Source of the DNA: Ignavibacteriota bacterium
GTDB taxonomy: Bacteria > Bacteroidota > Ignavibacteria > UBA10030 > UBA6906
Assembly: GCA_963801355.1 (NCBI GenBank)
Contig: CAWDEM010000004.1
Location: 704,001-768,000, forward strand
DNA: 64,000 nt
Direction: 5' to 3'
The position numbers and the translations under genes are program-made. Shown in pieces: positions 37,839 through 47,435 of this stretch (positions are counted from its first letter, which is position 1; each line of letters begins with the position of its first letter). A model generated the notes under the pieces. The model saw only the letters and a list, made by a program, of their open reading frames with translations. It was not told where the DNA came from and ran no database searches.

Positions 37839-39193
37839 GCACCAGGCGCATGCTCTTATGGGCGGTGGCACTCAACCTGATGGCCGTGCCGTCATGCAGG
37901 AAACACGCCGGGGGTCCGGAGATTGTGTACAATTGCGCCGCGAATGCTTCGGATATCGCCGCCCTGGAGAAAGAAATCCCCGCGTTCGAGGTCTCGTCGG
38001 GCATCCATCTTCGCCTCAATCCCTTTACGGGCCAGGAAAAATTGTACGCAATGATGGTCGCCGGACAAACCCCGGACATCTTCTATACCAACACGACAAT
38101 GCGGGACTATCTTGCCGCCGAGGGGAGGCTCCTGGACCTGCGTTCGTTGAGCGCAGGTGACCCGTTTATCGAACGCCTCTGGCCGGCAGTCGTCACAGCC
38201 GGACGATCCGTTGATAGTGGTTGGTACAGCGTTGGGAATTGGAGTTATACACTCGGTGTCTATTATAACCGTGATATGTTCGACGCGGCCGGTGTGCCGT
38301 ACCCGGATACCACATGGACCTGGGAGGCCATGCGTGTAATTGCGCGCCGTCTGACGAAGGACGCGGACGGCGACGGTACGCCGGAAACATACGGCATTTT
38401 CATGGGGAGCCACTTTGTTGAAATGCTCGAGCTGATGAATGGTGCGGATATCCGCCCGCATGCGCTCACGGCATCGATGACCCGCGAATCTGCCGAAGCG
38501 TTCACCATGTACCTCTCGCTGATGCAAGAAAAGATCATGCCGGATCTCCGTCGTATACAGGCGTTGGGTATGCAGCCTTCGCAACTCCTGGAAAGTGGCA
38601 GGGTCGGCATGCTCGTGGAAGCAGTCCCACACCAAATGCTGATTGAATCGATCAACATCAGATGGGGTGTGGCTCCGTTCCCCCGGATTTCCGGCAAGCC
38701 GGTCAGGTACTTCAGGAGTGGGAGCGGTGGACTTTCGATCAGCGCAGGCACAGGGAATCCCCGGGCGGCGTGGGAAGCCCTCAAGTGGGTTATCGCGCGT
38801 GCAGAAGTATACCAGCCTAATCCGGTTCTCCAGGATGTCGATTTCGTGGGGGGATGGGAAGCTCGATACCCGCGACTCGCGGGTTCCGGGTTCCGGGAGG
38901 TGTGGGACCTCAGTCTCCGGCATGACGGTGGAGACCCCCGTTTCTTTGTCCGGTATTCCAGCTGGACCTCTGCATCCATTCTCGAACGGCTTCAACCGCT
39001 GCTGGACCGCCTCTGGGCCGGCTCGATCACCGTCGGCGAACTTGCAGCGCGCATGCCTGAAATCAATGCCCGCGTTAGAAGGGAACTCAGCGATCTTTCA
39101 AAGAAAGAAGATTTGAGACCGGCATTTCGCAGGGATATTGAATCAGCTCTGAAAGGCCTCGATAGTGGCGCTGACCACTCTCCAGACAGGTGA
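37835..39193 (+). CDS. Sugar ABC substrate-binding lipoprotein
   Basis: AVPSC lipobox; GQTPDIF, YYNRDMFDAAGVPYPDTTWTW; ATGA overlap. Confidence 0.88.
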   Translation: MSTRRMLLWAVALNLMAVPSCRKHAGGPEIVYNCAANASDIAALEKEIPAFEVSSGIHLRLNPFTGQEKLYAMMVAGQTPDIFYTNTTMRDYLAAEGRLLDLRSLSAGDPFIERLWPAVVTAGRSVDSGWYSVGNWSYTLGVYYNRDMFDAAGVPYPDTTWTWEAMRVIARRLTKDADGDGTPETYGIFMGSHFVEMLELMNGADIRPHALTASMTRESAEAFTMYLSLMQEKIMPDLRRIQALGMQPSQLLESGRVGMLVEAVPHQMLIESINIRWGVAPFPRISGKPVRYFRSGSGGLSISAGTGNPRAAWEALKWVIARAEVYQPNPVLQDVDFVGGWEARYPRLAGSGFREVWDLSLRHDGGDPRFFVRYSSWTSASILERLQPLLDRLWAGSITVGELAARMPEINARVRRELSDLSKKEDLRPAFRRDIESALKGLDSGADHSPDR

Positions 39194-40532
39194 CTCGTCG
39201 CTCGTCGTCAGAGACGGGGATGAGGTCATTGCCGAAATCCGTGATCTGCATCTTCGGAATGTTCGCTTCCGACCCGGCGGGCGGTTGCTCATCGGCGATG
39301 AAGTTCCCCTGCCGCTCTACTGGGAGCAATATGCAAACCATGAAGATCCCGAACGCAATGCGGGCAGCAATGGCCGGCTTCGCATCGTCGAGGCGTCGGC
39401 GAACTCTGTGAGTGTCGTCTGCGAAGGAACGACACGGTCGGGTACAGTGCACAGCACCTTTGAGACCACATTCCGGTCAGATGAGGGGTTTCGGCGATAC
39501 GACGTTGAGATACGGGCCAGGCTGCGCATACCGGAAGGCTGCACATGGTACGTGACACCGAATCCAGACCATGGAGAGGTCGAGTTCTGCAACCTCTGGC
39601 CGGACGGTGCATTTTCATCCGAACTGCACAAGCCCGTGTGCTACAGTGCCTGCTATATTGACCGTGGTACCGGCGTCACCAAGATCCCGCACCATCATCT
39701 GGAATCACAAGACAAACATAATATCGTTTTGCATACCGGGGACCGGATGGTGTGGCTCCTTGAGGAGGAGAACCTGTGCGTCACACTCCTCTCGGCCAGT
39801 ACTGTCACCGCCGGGATTTGTGCGTATATGTGGGATGCGCACCTGGGCTACAAAGTGTGCACTGATGCAGTTGCGAAATCGCTGGCCGCCGGAACGGAAT
39901 ACCTGGCTGCGTACCGGCTTTCGGCGCTCGATGCCCGGGAGGGGAACCGTCTTGTGGAGTCGGCTGTTCCGGCCTCCGCTCCCGAGCCGGACATGACTCC
40001 TGTGATCGTCGACGGGGTGCAGACCTTCGCCGAGACACTTGCGACCACGGAACGGGATCCCTCCGATGTCTGGCCGTGGGAAACGGAGGTTCACGCGGGC
40101 GATCCCGGCGCAGTGAATTTTTTCGTTGACCGGACATGCGGCCGGGTTGACCACGCATCAGTGTGCATCGATTCTCCGGCTTCCGCCAGAGCCATGTGGA
40201 AAGCGACAGCACTGGGGCCTGCCTTCCGCCAGCCGGACTTCATCGAGGGTGCGCAGTACCGGCTTGGCGCGTACGTGAAAACCGAGCTCGTGTCGGGAGC
40301 GGCGTCCGTGGCGATCCGGGTGCACACAAAAGGGAGCCCCGGTCTCCATGACCCGGGGCAGTATGATATCTTCCGTTGTGCCGCCGGTTTGACAGGCACC
40401 GCGCAGTGGACATATCTTGAGGTGACTACTCCTCCCGTGTATCCCGTTGCAGACAGAATCCATCTCCTCCTGGAAATGCACGGAGCAGGGAAGTGCTGGT
40501 TTGATGATGTTCAATTTCGGAGTCATGTATGA
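39165..40532 (+). CDS. Hypothetical protein with C-terminal CBM-like jelly-roll
   Basis: C-terminal GAQYRLGAYVKT...LTGTAQWT...GKCWFDDVQF typical of CBM4/9-like domains. Confidence 0.55.
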   Translation: MALTTLQTGDSSLVVRDGDEVIAEIRDLHLRNVRFRPGGRLLIGDEVPLPLYWEQYANHEDPERNAGSNGRLRIVEASANSVSVVCEGTTRSGTVHSTFETTFRSDEGFRRYDVEIRARLRIPEGCTWYVTPNPDHGEVEFCNLWPDGAFSSELHKPVCYSACYIDRGTGVTKIPHHHLESQDKHNIVLHTGDRMVWLLEEENLCVTLLSASTVTAGICAYMWDAHLGYKVCTDAVAKSLAAGTEYLAAYRLSALDAREGNRLVESAVPASAPEPDMTPVIVDGVQTFAETLATTERDPSDVWPWETEVHAGDPGAVNFFVDRTCGRVDHASVCIDSPASARAMWKATALGPAFRQPDFIEGAQYRLGAYVKTELVSGAASVAIRVHTKGSPGLHDPGQYDIFRCAAGLTGTAQWTYLEVTTPPVYPVADRIHLLLEMHGAGKCWFDDVQFRSHV

Positions 40533-42613
40533 ACCCCAAATCGCATGGACCATTTCCTCCGTCCACCTTAATGGTGTGGACGTTGACCGACAGCGTGATT
40601 GAGCAGAGGGCAGCACTGGAATCGCAATTCCACGAGATACGCGAGTCGGGCTTCGGAGGGGTTGCGGTGTATGTGCGGTGCAGCCGCTACACTTGGAATG
40701 ACCCCCCTGCGCGCGCGGCGTTGCGTGCGGTCGGGCGATTATGCCGCCGCTACGGTATCGCCTGCTGGCTCGGGCCCGATCCGCGATTTGTCTCCCGGCA
40801 GCTCATCGGAAGAGAAGGAGGCATGGAGGTGCTGCTCTTCGGCAACCGGTCGCGTGCCGATCAGTTTCCGAACTTCGGGAGCATTCACGAGGGGCAGTTC
40901 TCCGTTCGCTGTGTCCTCGAGCCACGTCATGTGCACACACTCAATGAAGTCGCCATAGAGTACTATCCGCGGGGCATTGCCCGCGTATATGCCGTCCGAT
41001 TGCTCCCCGGGAAAGAAATGCCGGAGAAGGTGCTGGATATTACTGCCCACAGCTGTTTCTTCTACAACGCGCGGGCGCGGTATGTGGAGGCCTTTGGGAC
41101 CCTTCCGGATCTCCAGGGAGACGGGTGGAGTGTCCTCGCCTTCTTTCATGCGGAAACGAGTCACGTCGATTATTCCAACACATCGCAGATGCGCCGGTAT
41201 GCGGCGATGCTTGATACCCTGAAAAAGGAAGGATGTGCGGCGGACGGCATCATGTGGGACGAGGCGGGCTTCACCTGTACGTACGGCACCTTGCCGTGCA
41301 CAGGGGAGATACTGAAGGAGTACCAGCGGCGTGCTGGAAAGCCCCTCTTTTCTGATCTCTGGAAGCTGGCGCTTCCTGCTCCGAATGGAAGCCACATCCG
41401 CGTGCGATGTGCGTACTACGGATCTGTGCAGCGGACGTTGAACGCCGCCAACCGGGTGACAACAAAGCAGGTGCAGCGATTGTGGGGCGCACGGACGGTG
41501 TCGGGGATTCACGACACGTGGCATTTTGAATCTGCCGACATGTGCGACATGAACCATGGCAGCCTCGATCTCTGGGAGGCAATGAAGGCCAAAACAGGCG
41601 GTTTCGTGGATATCGGAGGGATCGATCAACTGCGTGCGCCGGACGCGCCGTGGTATGCCAACCTCGCTGCGATGAACGTTATATGCGCGTCATTGGGAAA
41701 AATGAGCACGGGGCGATACGCCTACAATAATCTCTGGACTGTCGGTGACGATGGAGGGGAAGGGTGGCAGACAACGGTCATGGACTACTGTGTTGATACA
41801 ATGGCGATCTTCGGTCTACGGTGGATGGCACACGCGTATGGTCCGGTCGGCACTATCGGCGAAGAACGGACTTTCCTCGGATCTCCGGAGCTTCCGGGAT
41901 ATCCACACCACAGTACCTGGCCGCATTTTCCGGAGTGGAATGTGCGATTGACCAAACATCACGAGGCGGTCGAACACAAGCTCCCGGAATCCCGGATTCT
42001 CGTCGTGTTTCCTGTTGAGACCCTCTATGCCCTTGCCGGGCCCGCCGCCGATACCGTCTCGGCCGGGGTGTTCCGGCTCATTCTCGCCCTGCTCGACAAT
42101 CATGTTCAGGTTGATGTGCACGCTCCTTCGTTGTGCCGTGAGGGCCGGTGGGTGAAGGATGAATTTGTTCTCCGAAAGACCCGCTACCGCGCCGTCATCC
42201 TCCCGTTCGCCGGGGTGCTCACAGAGGAGATCTGTTCCCGCATGCGGGCCGGCGGGAAGAATGTGTTCTGCATGGACGGAAAGCCCCGGCTTCTGACAAC
42301 AGGACGCGCGTGCAGGTGGACCCCAACGACTGAGGGGACTACCATCGTGTCGGCTCTCGATTGGTTGCACTCGTTGCCGGCGAGCAACGAGCTGGATGCG
42401 CCTGAAGGAAGCTGGGCAACGTTGACGCCGGTGCGCCGGGGGACCGTCGTCTCTCTCTGTCCGTCGAGGCACGGCTATACATTTTCGGGTGCCCTCCGGT
42501 ATCGCGACTCCACCGTTGAGCTGCCGGAGTGCTGCGGGTTGACCCGGGTCTTTTTCCCGCTCACAGGAGCACCGGTAATGGTGACCATCCGGATACGCAA
42601 GACATCTACGTGA
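40529..42613 (+). CDS. Putative glycoside hydrolase, distantly GH106-like
   Basis: IRESGFGGVAVYVR, GIMWDEAGF and YRAVILP (middle-domain pattern); no signal peptide. Confidence 0.45.
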   Translation: MNPKSHGPFPPSTLMVWTLTDSVIEQRAALESQFHEIRESGFGGVAVYVRCSRYTWNDPPARAALRAVGRLCRRYGIACWLGPDPRFVSRQLIGREGGMEVLLFGNRSRADQFPNFGSIHEGQFSVRCVLEPRHVHTLNEVAIEYYPRGIARVYAVRLLPGKEMPEKVLDITAHSCFFYNARARYVEAFGTLPDLQGDGWSVLAFFHAETSHVDYSNTSQMRRYAAMLDTLKKEGCAADGIMWDEAGFTCTYGTLPCTGEILKEYQRRAGKPLFSDLWKLALPAPNGSHIRVRCAYYGSVQRTLNAANRVTTKQVQRLWGARTVSGIHDTWHFESADMCDMNHGSLDLWEAMKAKTGGFVDIGGIDQLRAPDAPWYANLAAMNVICASLGKMSTGRYAYNNLWTVGDDGGEGWQTTVMDYCVDTMAIFGLRWMAHAYGPVGTIGEERTFLGSPELPGYPHHSTWPHFPEWNVRLTKHHEAVEHKLPESRILVVFPVETLYALAGPAADTVSAGVFRLILALLDNHVQVDVHAPSLCREGRWVKDEFVLRKTRYRAVILPFAGVLTEEICSRMRAGGKNVFCMDGKPRLLTTGRACRWTPTTEGTTIVSALDWLHSLPASNELDAPEGSWATLTPVRRGTVVSLCPSRHGYTFSGALRYRDSTVELPECCGLTRVFFPLTGAPVMVTIRIRKTST

Positions 42614-42634
42614 CAAACGCGAGAGGAAGATGCC

Positions 42635-44965
42635 ATGGGTCCCCCTGTTCTTCTCGGCACGATCGATGTGCTGGCACCCGGATCACCCGGCGAAGCCTAT
42701 GCCGCCGCAATTCCTCCGGCGGTCCGGGGCGAAGTGACGTTGATTGTCGAATGCTCTGCGGAGGGTTTCCCGCTTGCAGAATACTGCTGCTCCGTGCGCC
42801 GGAAGGACCCCTCCGGGCCCTACACATTTTCCGGCATGGAGTTTTCCCGGGATCCTGCAGGCATCCGCGTCGGTCCGTGGCCGGGATGGCGTGGCATCCC
42901 CCGATTTCCGGCGTTGAGCATCCGGCACGGATCGGTGGAAGCCGAGGTTCGGGAAACATTCTGGGGGGATGAGATGCACAGTGCGATCGTGCGCTACGTC
43001 AGCCGGATAGTGTGCAACGGCGATGGCGGAATTACACTGTCCAGCCCTCATCCGTCGATTATCCCGCGGCGCGTGATTCTGTACCGCACTGTCGCTCTCA
43101 AGGCCGTCGACAGGGAGGTGTTCCTCCGGGAAGACCTGTCCAGCGTTCACCCCCGGCTCCTCCTCACCCCCAGGGACCTGCCGCTGCTTCGCCGCAAGGC
43201 CAGGGAGACACATGTCGTGTTGTGGAACAAGATCGCCGGGTTACTGCACTCTTGGAACCTGCCCTTCAATATAACCGCGGAAGCCAAGATCCCCGGTGGC
43301 CCCGAACGGCTCTCGTCTGAAGACCGAGTGGTCCTGTCGGCATTCAGTGCCATGATGTTTCCGGATGAGGATCGTGTCAGTCACGCCCTGGTTGCTTACA
43401 GCAACTATTGTGCGGAAACCGGACAGCCCGACTTTGAACCCCTGCACATCGATACGCAGGCCGGCGAAGTTCTTTTCACCCTCTGCCTCGGTTATGACTG
43501 GCTTGTCTCGTTCATGTCCCCGGGAGAGGAAAAAGCCGCCCGGCTCCGCATATGGGAAGTAGCCGACGTGTGTTTCGTACATCTTGGCAATGAACGGCGC
43601 GACTACGGACAGGCTCACTACCTCGGATGCGGACTCGGACTGCTTGCATGTTCTTTTCTCTTCTGGGAAGATCATCCACGGGCTCAAGAATGGGCGGCCT
43701 GGCTTCGTGGCTCTCTGGAATGTGCACTGCAATTGGTGCCCGAAGATGGATTTTATCCGCACGGCATCAACCTCTGGATCTATGAGTTTGGATTTCTCCT
43801 CCGCTGGGTTGAGATTGTGCGCACTTGCACGGGAGAAGATCTCTGGCACGGTCATCGGGGACTTGCACACGCATCACGTTTTCGTGCGGCCACGGTCTCT
43901 CCGGACGGGCTGTACGGAGCCACGTTCGGTGACCCACAGTACCGGACCGGCGGTGACAGCTGGTGCCATTTCCTGATCGCTGCCCGCACCGGATCGACTG
44001 AAGCTCAATGGGTGGGCAGGCTGCTGGAAAATCTTCCACACGCGGGCGTGGATTTCCGCAGTATCCCGGCGCGACGGCGGCTCTATGAATTTCTCTTCCA
44101 CGATCCAGCCATTCAGGCCCGCCCGCCGGAATCCGGCTTTTATCATTTTCCCGACGGAGGGCAAGTCTGTATGCGCACTGGGAATTCGGTCTTCACCCTG
44201 CGCTCCGGGCCCCCCCTCGGCATGCACCGGTACACGCAGGGAGAATATGGCGCCTATGGCCATGGGGACCCTGCAAATGGTTCATTCTTGATTTTTAGTG
44301 GTGGAGTGTTTCTCGCGAACGGTTCCGGACCCGTCTATAGAAGAGATACACGTCTCCACAATGTAGTCACAATCGATGGCCAGGGTCAGATCGGCGATTC
44401 CAGCGTGTGGTTGCCGGATTTCTTCCCTCCGGAGACACTCGCCCTGCGTCCCGAAGTGCGAAACCATGGGACGAGAGTTGACATCTCGGTGGATCTGACA
44501 TCGGCCTACCTCCGGCACCTCGGTGTGCAGTACTATCGCCGGGCGCTCTGTGCGGAAAGCGATCAGTTTGTCGCCGGCGTCGACATCATCCGGTGCGATG
44601 CCCCCCGATCGCTGGAATGGAATGCCCACTCCTGGGAGGAATTTGTTCCGATTCCGTCGAATGATCCGGTGCTTTACAGCCTGGGCCACAGAATCCGCCT
44701 GGCGGTGTTTGCCCCGCAGGCGGTATCATGGTCCTCCGCACTCACGGAATTTGTCCCTGCATATCCCAACGACGGAAGGAGAGACTTCCACCTGGAGGGC
44801 CGGGTCACTTCGACCGCAGCACGATTCGTCTGGTGCTATGCATTCGCGCCGAATGTACAACCACGCCTCATCCCCGGCACTGATGATCTGTTTCGATTGA
44901 TGGTGCGCGACGACGTTGAGCTCTCATTCAACGGGCACTGGCTCTCGTGCAAAAGGCAGACGTGA
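42635..44965 (+). CDS. DUF4962/heparinase II/III-like polysaccharide lyase
   Basis: HPRLLLT, LGYDWL, QAHY, DGFYPHGINLWIY, HGDPANGSF, HNVVTIDGQGQ. Confidence 0.75.
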   Translation: MGPPVLLGTIDVLAPGSPGEAYAAAIPPAVRGEVTLIVECSAEGFPLAEYCCSVRRKDPSGPYTFSGMEFSRDPAGIRVGPWPGWRGIPRFPALSIRHGSVEAEVRETFWGDEMHSAIVRYVSRIVCNGDGGITLSSPHPSIIPRRVILYRTVALKAVDREVFLREDLSSVHPRLLLTPRDLPLLRRKARETHVVLWNKIAGLLHSWNLPFNITAEAKIPGGPERLSSEDRVVLSAFSAMMFPDEDRVSHALVAYSNYCAETGQPDFEPLHIDTQAGEVLFTLCLGYDWLVSFMSPGEEKAARLRIWEVADVCFVHLGNERRDYGQAHYLGCGLGLLACSFLFWEDHPRAQEWAAWLRGSLECALQLVPEDGFYPHGINLWIYEFGFLLRWVEIVRTCTGEDLWHGHRGLAHASRFRAATVSPDGLYGATFGDPQYRTGGDSWCHFLIAARTGSTEAQWVGRLLENLPHAGVDFRSIPARRRLYEFLFHDPAIQARPPESGFYHFPDGGQVCMRTGNSVFTLRSGPPLGMHRYTQGEYGAYGHGDPANGSFLIFSGGVFLANGSGPVYRRDTRLHNVVTIDGQGQIGDSSVWLPDFFPPETLALRPEVRNHGTRVDISVDLTSAYLRHLGVQYYRRALCAESDQFVAGVDIIRCDAPRSLEWNAHSWEEFVPIPSNDPVLYSLGHRIRLAVFAPQAVSWSSALTEFVPAYPNDGRRDFHLEGRVTSTAARFVWCYAFAPNVQPRLIPGTDDLFRLMVRDDVELSFNGHWLSCKRQT

Positions 44966-47388
44966 ACAACAAGCCCGACGCACGTGTTGACCAGGGTTGC
45001 TGGATCTCCGACGACAGGACCTACGCGTTCATCTCGTCGGAGACCAGCAGCGTCGGCGAAATCGGGTATCACGGCGTGCAGCCTGTGAGCCGCAATTCGC
45101 GGGTGCTCGCGGGGGGAGAAGGAGTCCTTCAATTCCGGGTGCGCGATCGCGCGGGAACGGAGCATCCGCTGCACTTTGTGGACATTGATTGGACACCAGG
45201 TCTCGTAGTTGTGAGAGGCGCCTCTCCGATCGGCCGGTGCGATCTTTCTATCACGACAGCCGGACGTCGACTTATCATTATCGCTTCTCCGGTGGGGGCT
45301 CAGGGCGTCGCTTTCGTGGTGTTCTTCCACGCGAGCTCGCTGTTGATGGACGTGCACGGACACCGGGCATGGTCTGCGGGCGACCCCTCCGATTCTCATG
45401 CAGTGTTCCGGTTCCGTGATACAATAATTCTTGGCGAATGGATCAAACGCGCCGGTCCGTACGCCGGAGATTTCCTGATACCCGAGCCGCTGCGCCGCAA
45501 GATATTCCGGCGCGCGTGCCGTTCCGGATTCGCAACCGTGGACGATCTCCTGCCGGCGTATGTCGACTCTCCGGTGCCGGTCTACGACGCCGGTGTGACC
45601 GTGGTCCTCGGGGGAAGGAAGTATGCGAAGGAGGAGCGGGGCGAGGACCTGGCGTTTATTGCACCGGCTGCCGACGGGCTGAATCAGCCGGCGCCTTTTG
45701 TAGTAGAATTTATCGATGGATGCGACGGCGCTGCAACGGAAGACGATCCCGCTCTCGCCGCCGCGGAAGTCCGGGAACGCCATACGCATCGTTCGTCCAG
45801 CGCGCCTGTGTTGCACATCCCGGGTTTTCCGCTTATCGACAATTTTTTCGGGACGGTTCCGGGACTCGTCGAGTCTTGCGTCATCAAAGAGCATGGCATT
45901 CCCCGTGCTACGCCCGGGCGGTATTACTGGATCTGGGCCTGGGATGCCATGGTGACCGCGTCCGCGTCGTTGCGATGGGGGAATATGAGGGGAGCAGAGA
46001 CCACCCTCCGCTTTGTGCATCTTCACAGGGACGAAGGCGGTCTCATCCCGATGCAATGGACCCGTTCCCTGGATCCTCTCGACTCCCAGCCGCGCGGCTC
46101 CCTGGATGTTCTGCTGATGTCTCTCGCTCACTCTCTATATCTTGAGACACGGGACAAGCGAATCCTTGAAGAGGTGTATCCGACTATGACCGGACTTCTG
46201 GCGCAGCTCCGTGAAGAGTCTGATGCCGATGGTCTTTTCAGGAACATCGGTTTCTATCCGGATCTGCCCCGCCGGTTTGGCCGCACGGAATCCAGTGCGG
46301 TCGCCCTCGAAATCGGGAACTTCTATACGTTCTGCCGCACATGTGAGGATATTGCTCTCGTGATGGGGGACGAGGTTACATCCCGGCAGGCGCTTCACAT
46401 GGCTGAACGATTGGAAGCCTCGTTTCTGGCCCGCTTCTGGAACAATGACACGGGCTTTCTTGTGGATGCTGTTGATCTGATGTCCGGAGATCGCAACATC
46501 AGTCACCCCTTGTTCACCCTCATGTTTCTGCATTCGGCGCTGGGGTGGCCGCTTGTGCGACCGAAGATTGCCGCGTGTGCTGGATTCATCGCGCTGAATC
46601 ACCAGTCCTCGCTGGGCATGCGGCTCCTCCCGTCGTGGGACAGAAACGCACGGTCGGAGACAGCGACAGGTTCCTGGTATCCGCACTGGGATCTCTATGT
46701 GCTGAAAGTCCTGCGGAGAGCGGCCCGGGCGCCGGAGATCATGATGTGGCTGCAAAGCGTTCAGAGGGTCCTCGATCACCTGGGATATGCGCCGGAATTC
46801 CTCGCTCTGGATGGACTGAGTGAGACAGACAACAATTCCTGGCTCCGTCACGGGGCGCCGTCAAATCTGAATTGCGTCACCGGCTGGTATCAGGCGCTTC
46901 TCGAGGGTGTTGTCGGACTGGAGTTCGATCCGGGAGGCATCACTCTCATCCCGCTGGCGCTCCCCCTGGGTGAGGTGGTGTTATCCGGGATCCAGCATCG
47001 CGGAACGTTGTGGAATGTGAGGGTGCACAACAGCAGATCCGGCGACTGCTGTCTCTGTGTCGACGGTGAAGAAATACAGGGATGCATGAAGGTGCCGTCC
47101 CGGTATTCTTGCGGTGGCGAGCATCTACTCGAGGTCGTCTACGATGCAGTGTCCCGTCCGCGCCGCTTCATGGAGCTGGTCAATGCGGAATTGCTCGAGA
47201 CGGCCGTGGATGGGGAATCAGTGCTGGCGCACATCCGTGCCCTGGGCCGTGTCGATGCGGTGTACACTGCTCCGGCCCCGGGACGGTGTTTTCTGGATGA
47301 TGATGAAATAACCGGCGTTGAACATCTGTCCGAAAGAACGTACGCGGTGCGTCTCCGTATACGCGGCGAACATACATTGCGCATCTAG
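44962..47388 (+). CDS. (alpha/alpha)6 glycoside hydrolase (GH63/amylo-alpha-1,6-glucosidase-like)
   Basis: YYWIWAWD, FLARFWN, GSWYPHWD, APEF; GTGA overlap with the previous stop. Confidence 0.65.
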   Translation: MNNKPDARVDQGCWISDDRTYAFISSETSSVGEIGYHGVQPVSRNSRVLAGGEGVLQFRVRDRAGTEHPLHFVDIDWTPGLVVVRGASPIGRCDLSITTAGRRLIIIASPVGAQGVAFVVFFHASSLLMDVHGHRAWSAGDPSDSHAVFRFRDTIILGEWIKRAGPYAGDFLIPEPLRRKIFRRACRSGFATVDDLLPAYVDSPVPVYDAGVTVVLGGRKYAKEERGEDLAFIAPAADGLNQPAPFVVEFIDGCDGAATEDDPALAAAEVRERHTHRSSSAPVLHIPGFPLIDNFFGTVPGLVESCVIKEHGIPRATPGRYYWIWAWDAMVTASASLRWGNMRGAETTLRFVHLHRDEGGLIPMQWTRSLDPLDSQPRGSLDVLLMSLAHSLYLETRDKRILEEVYPTMTGLLAQLREESDADGLFRNIGFYPDLPRRFGRTESSAVALEIGNFYTFCRTCEDIALVMGDEVTSRQALHMAERLEASFLARFWNNDTGFLVDAVDLMSGDRNISHPLFTLMFLHSALGWPLVRPKIAACAGFIALNHQSSLGMRLLPSWDRNARSETATGSWYPHWDLYVLKVLRRAARAPEIMMWLQSVQRVLDHLGYAPEFLALDGLSETDNNSWLRHGAPSNLNCVTGWYQALLEGVVGLEFDPGGITLIPLALPLGEVVLSGIQHRGTLWNVRVHNSRSGDCCLCVDGEEIQGCMKVPSRYSCGGEHLLEVVYDAVSRPRRFMELVNAELLETAVDGESVLAHIRALGRVDAVYTAPAPGRCFLDDDEITGVEHLSERTYAVRLRIRGEHTLRI

Positions 47389-47435
47389 CGCCGGCAGCCT
47401 CCCCATTGCGCGTGATATTTGCGAAAGGGTAGTCG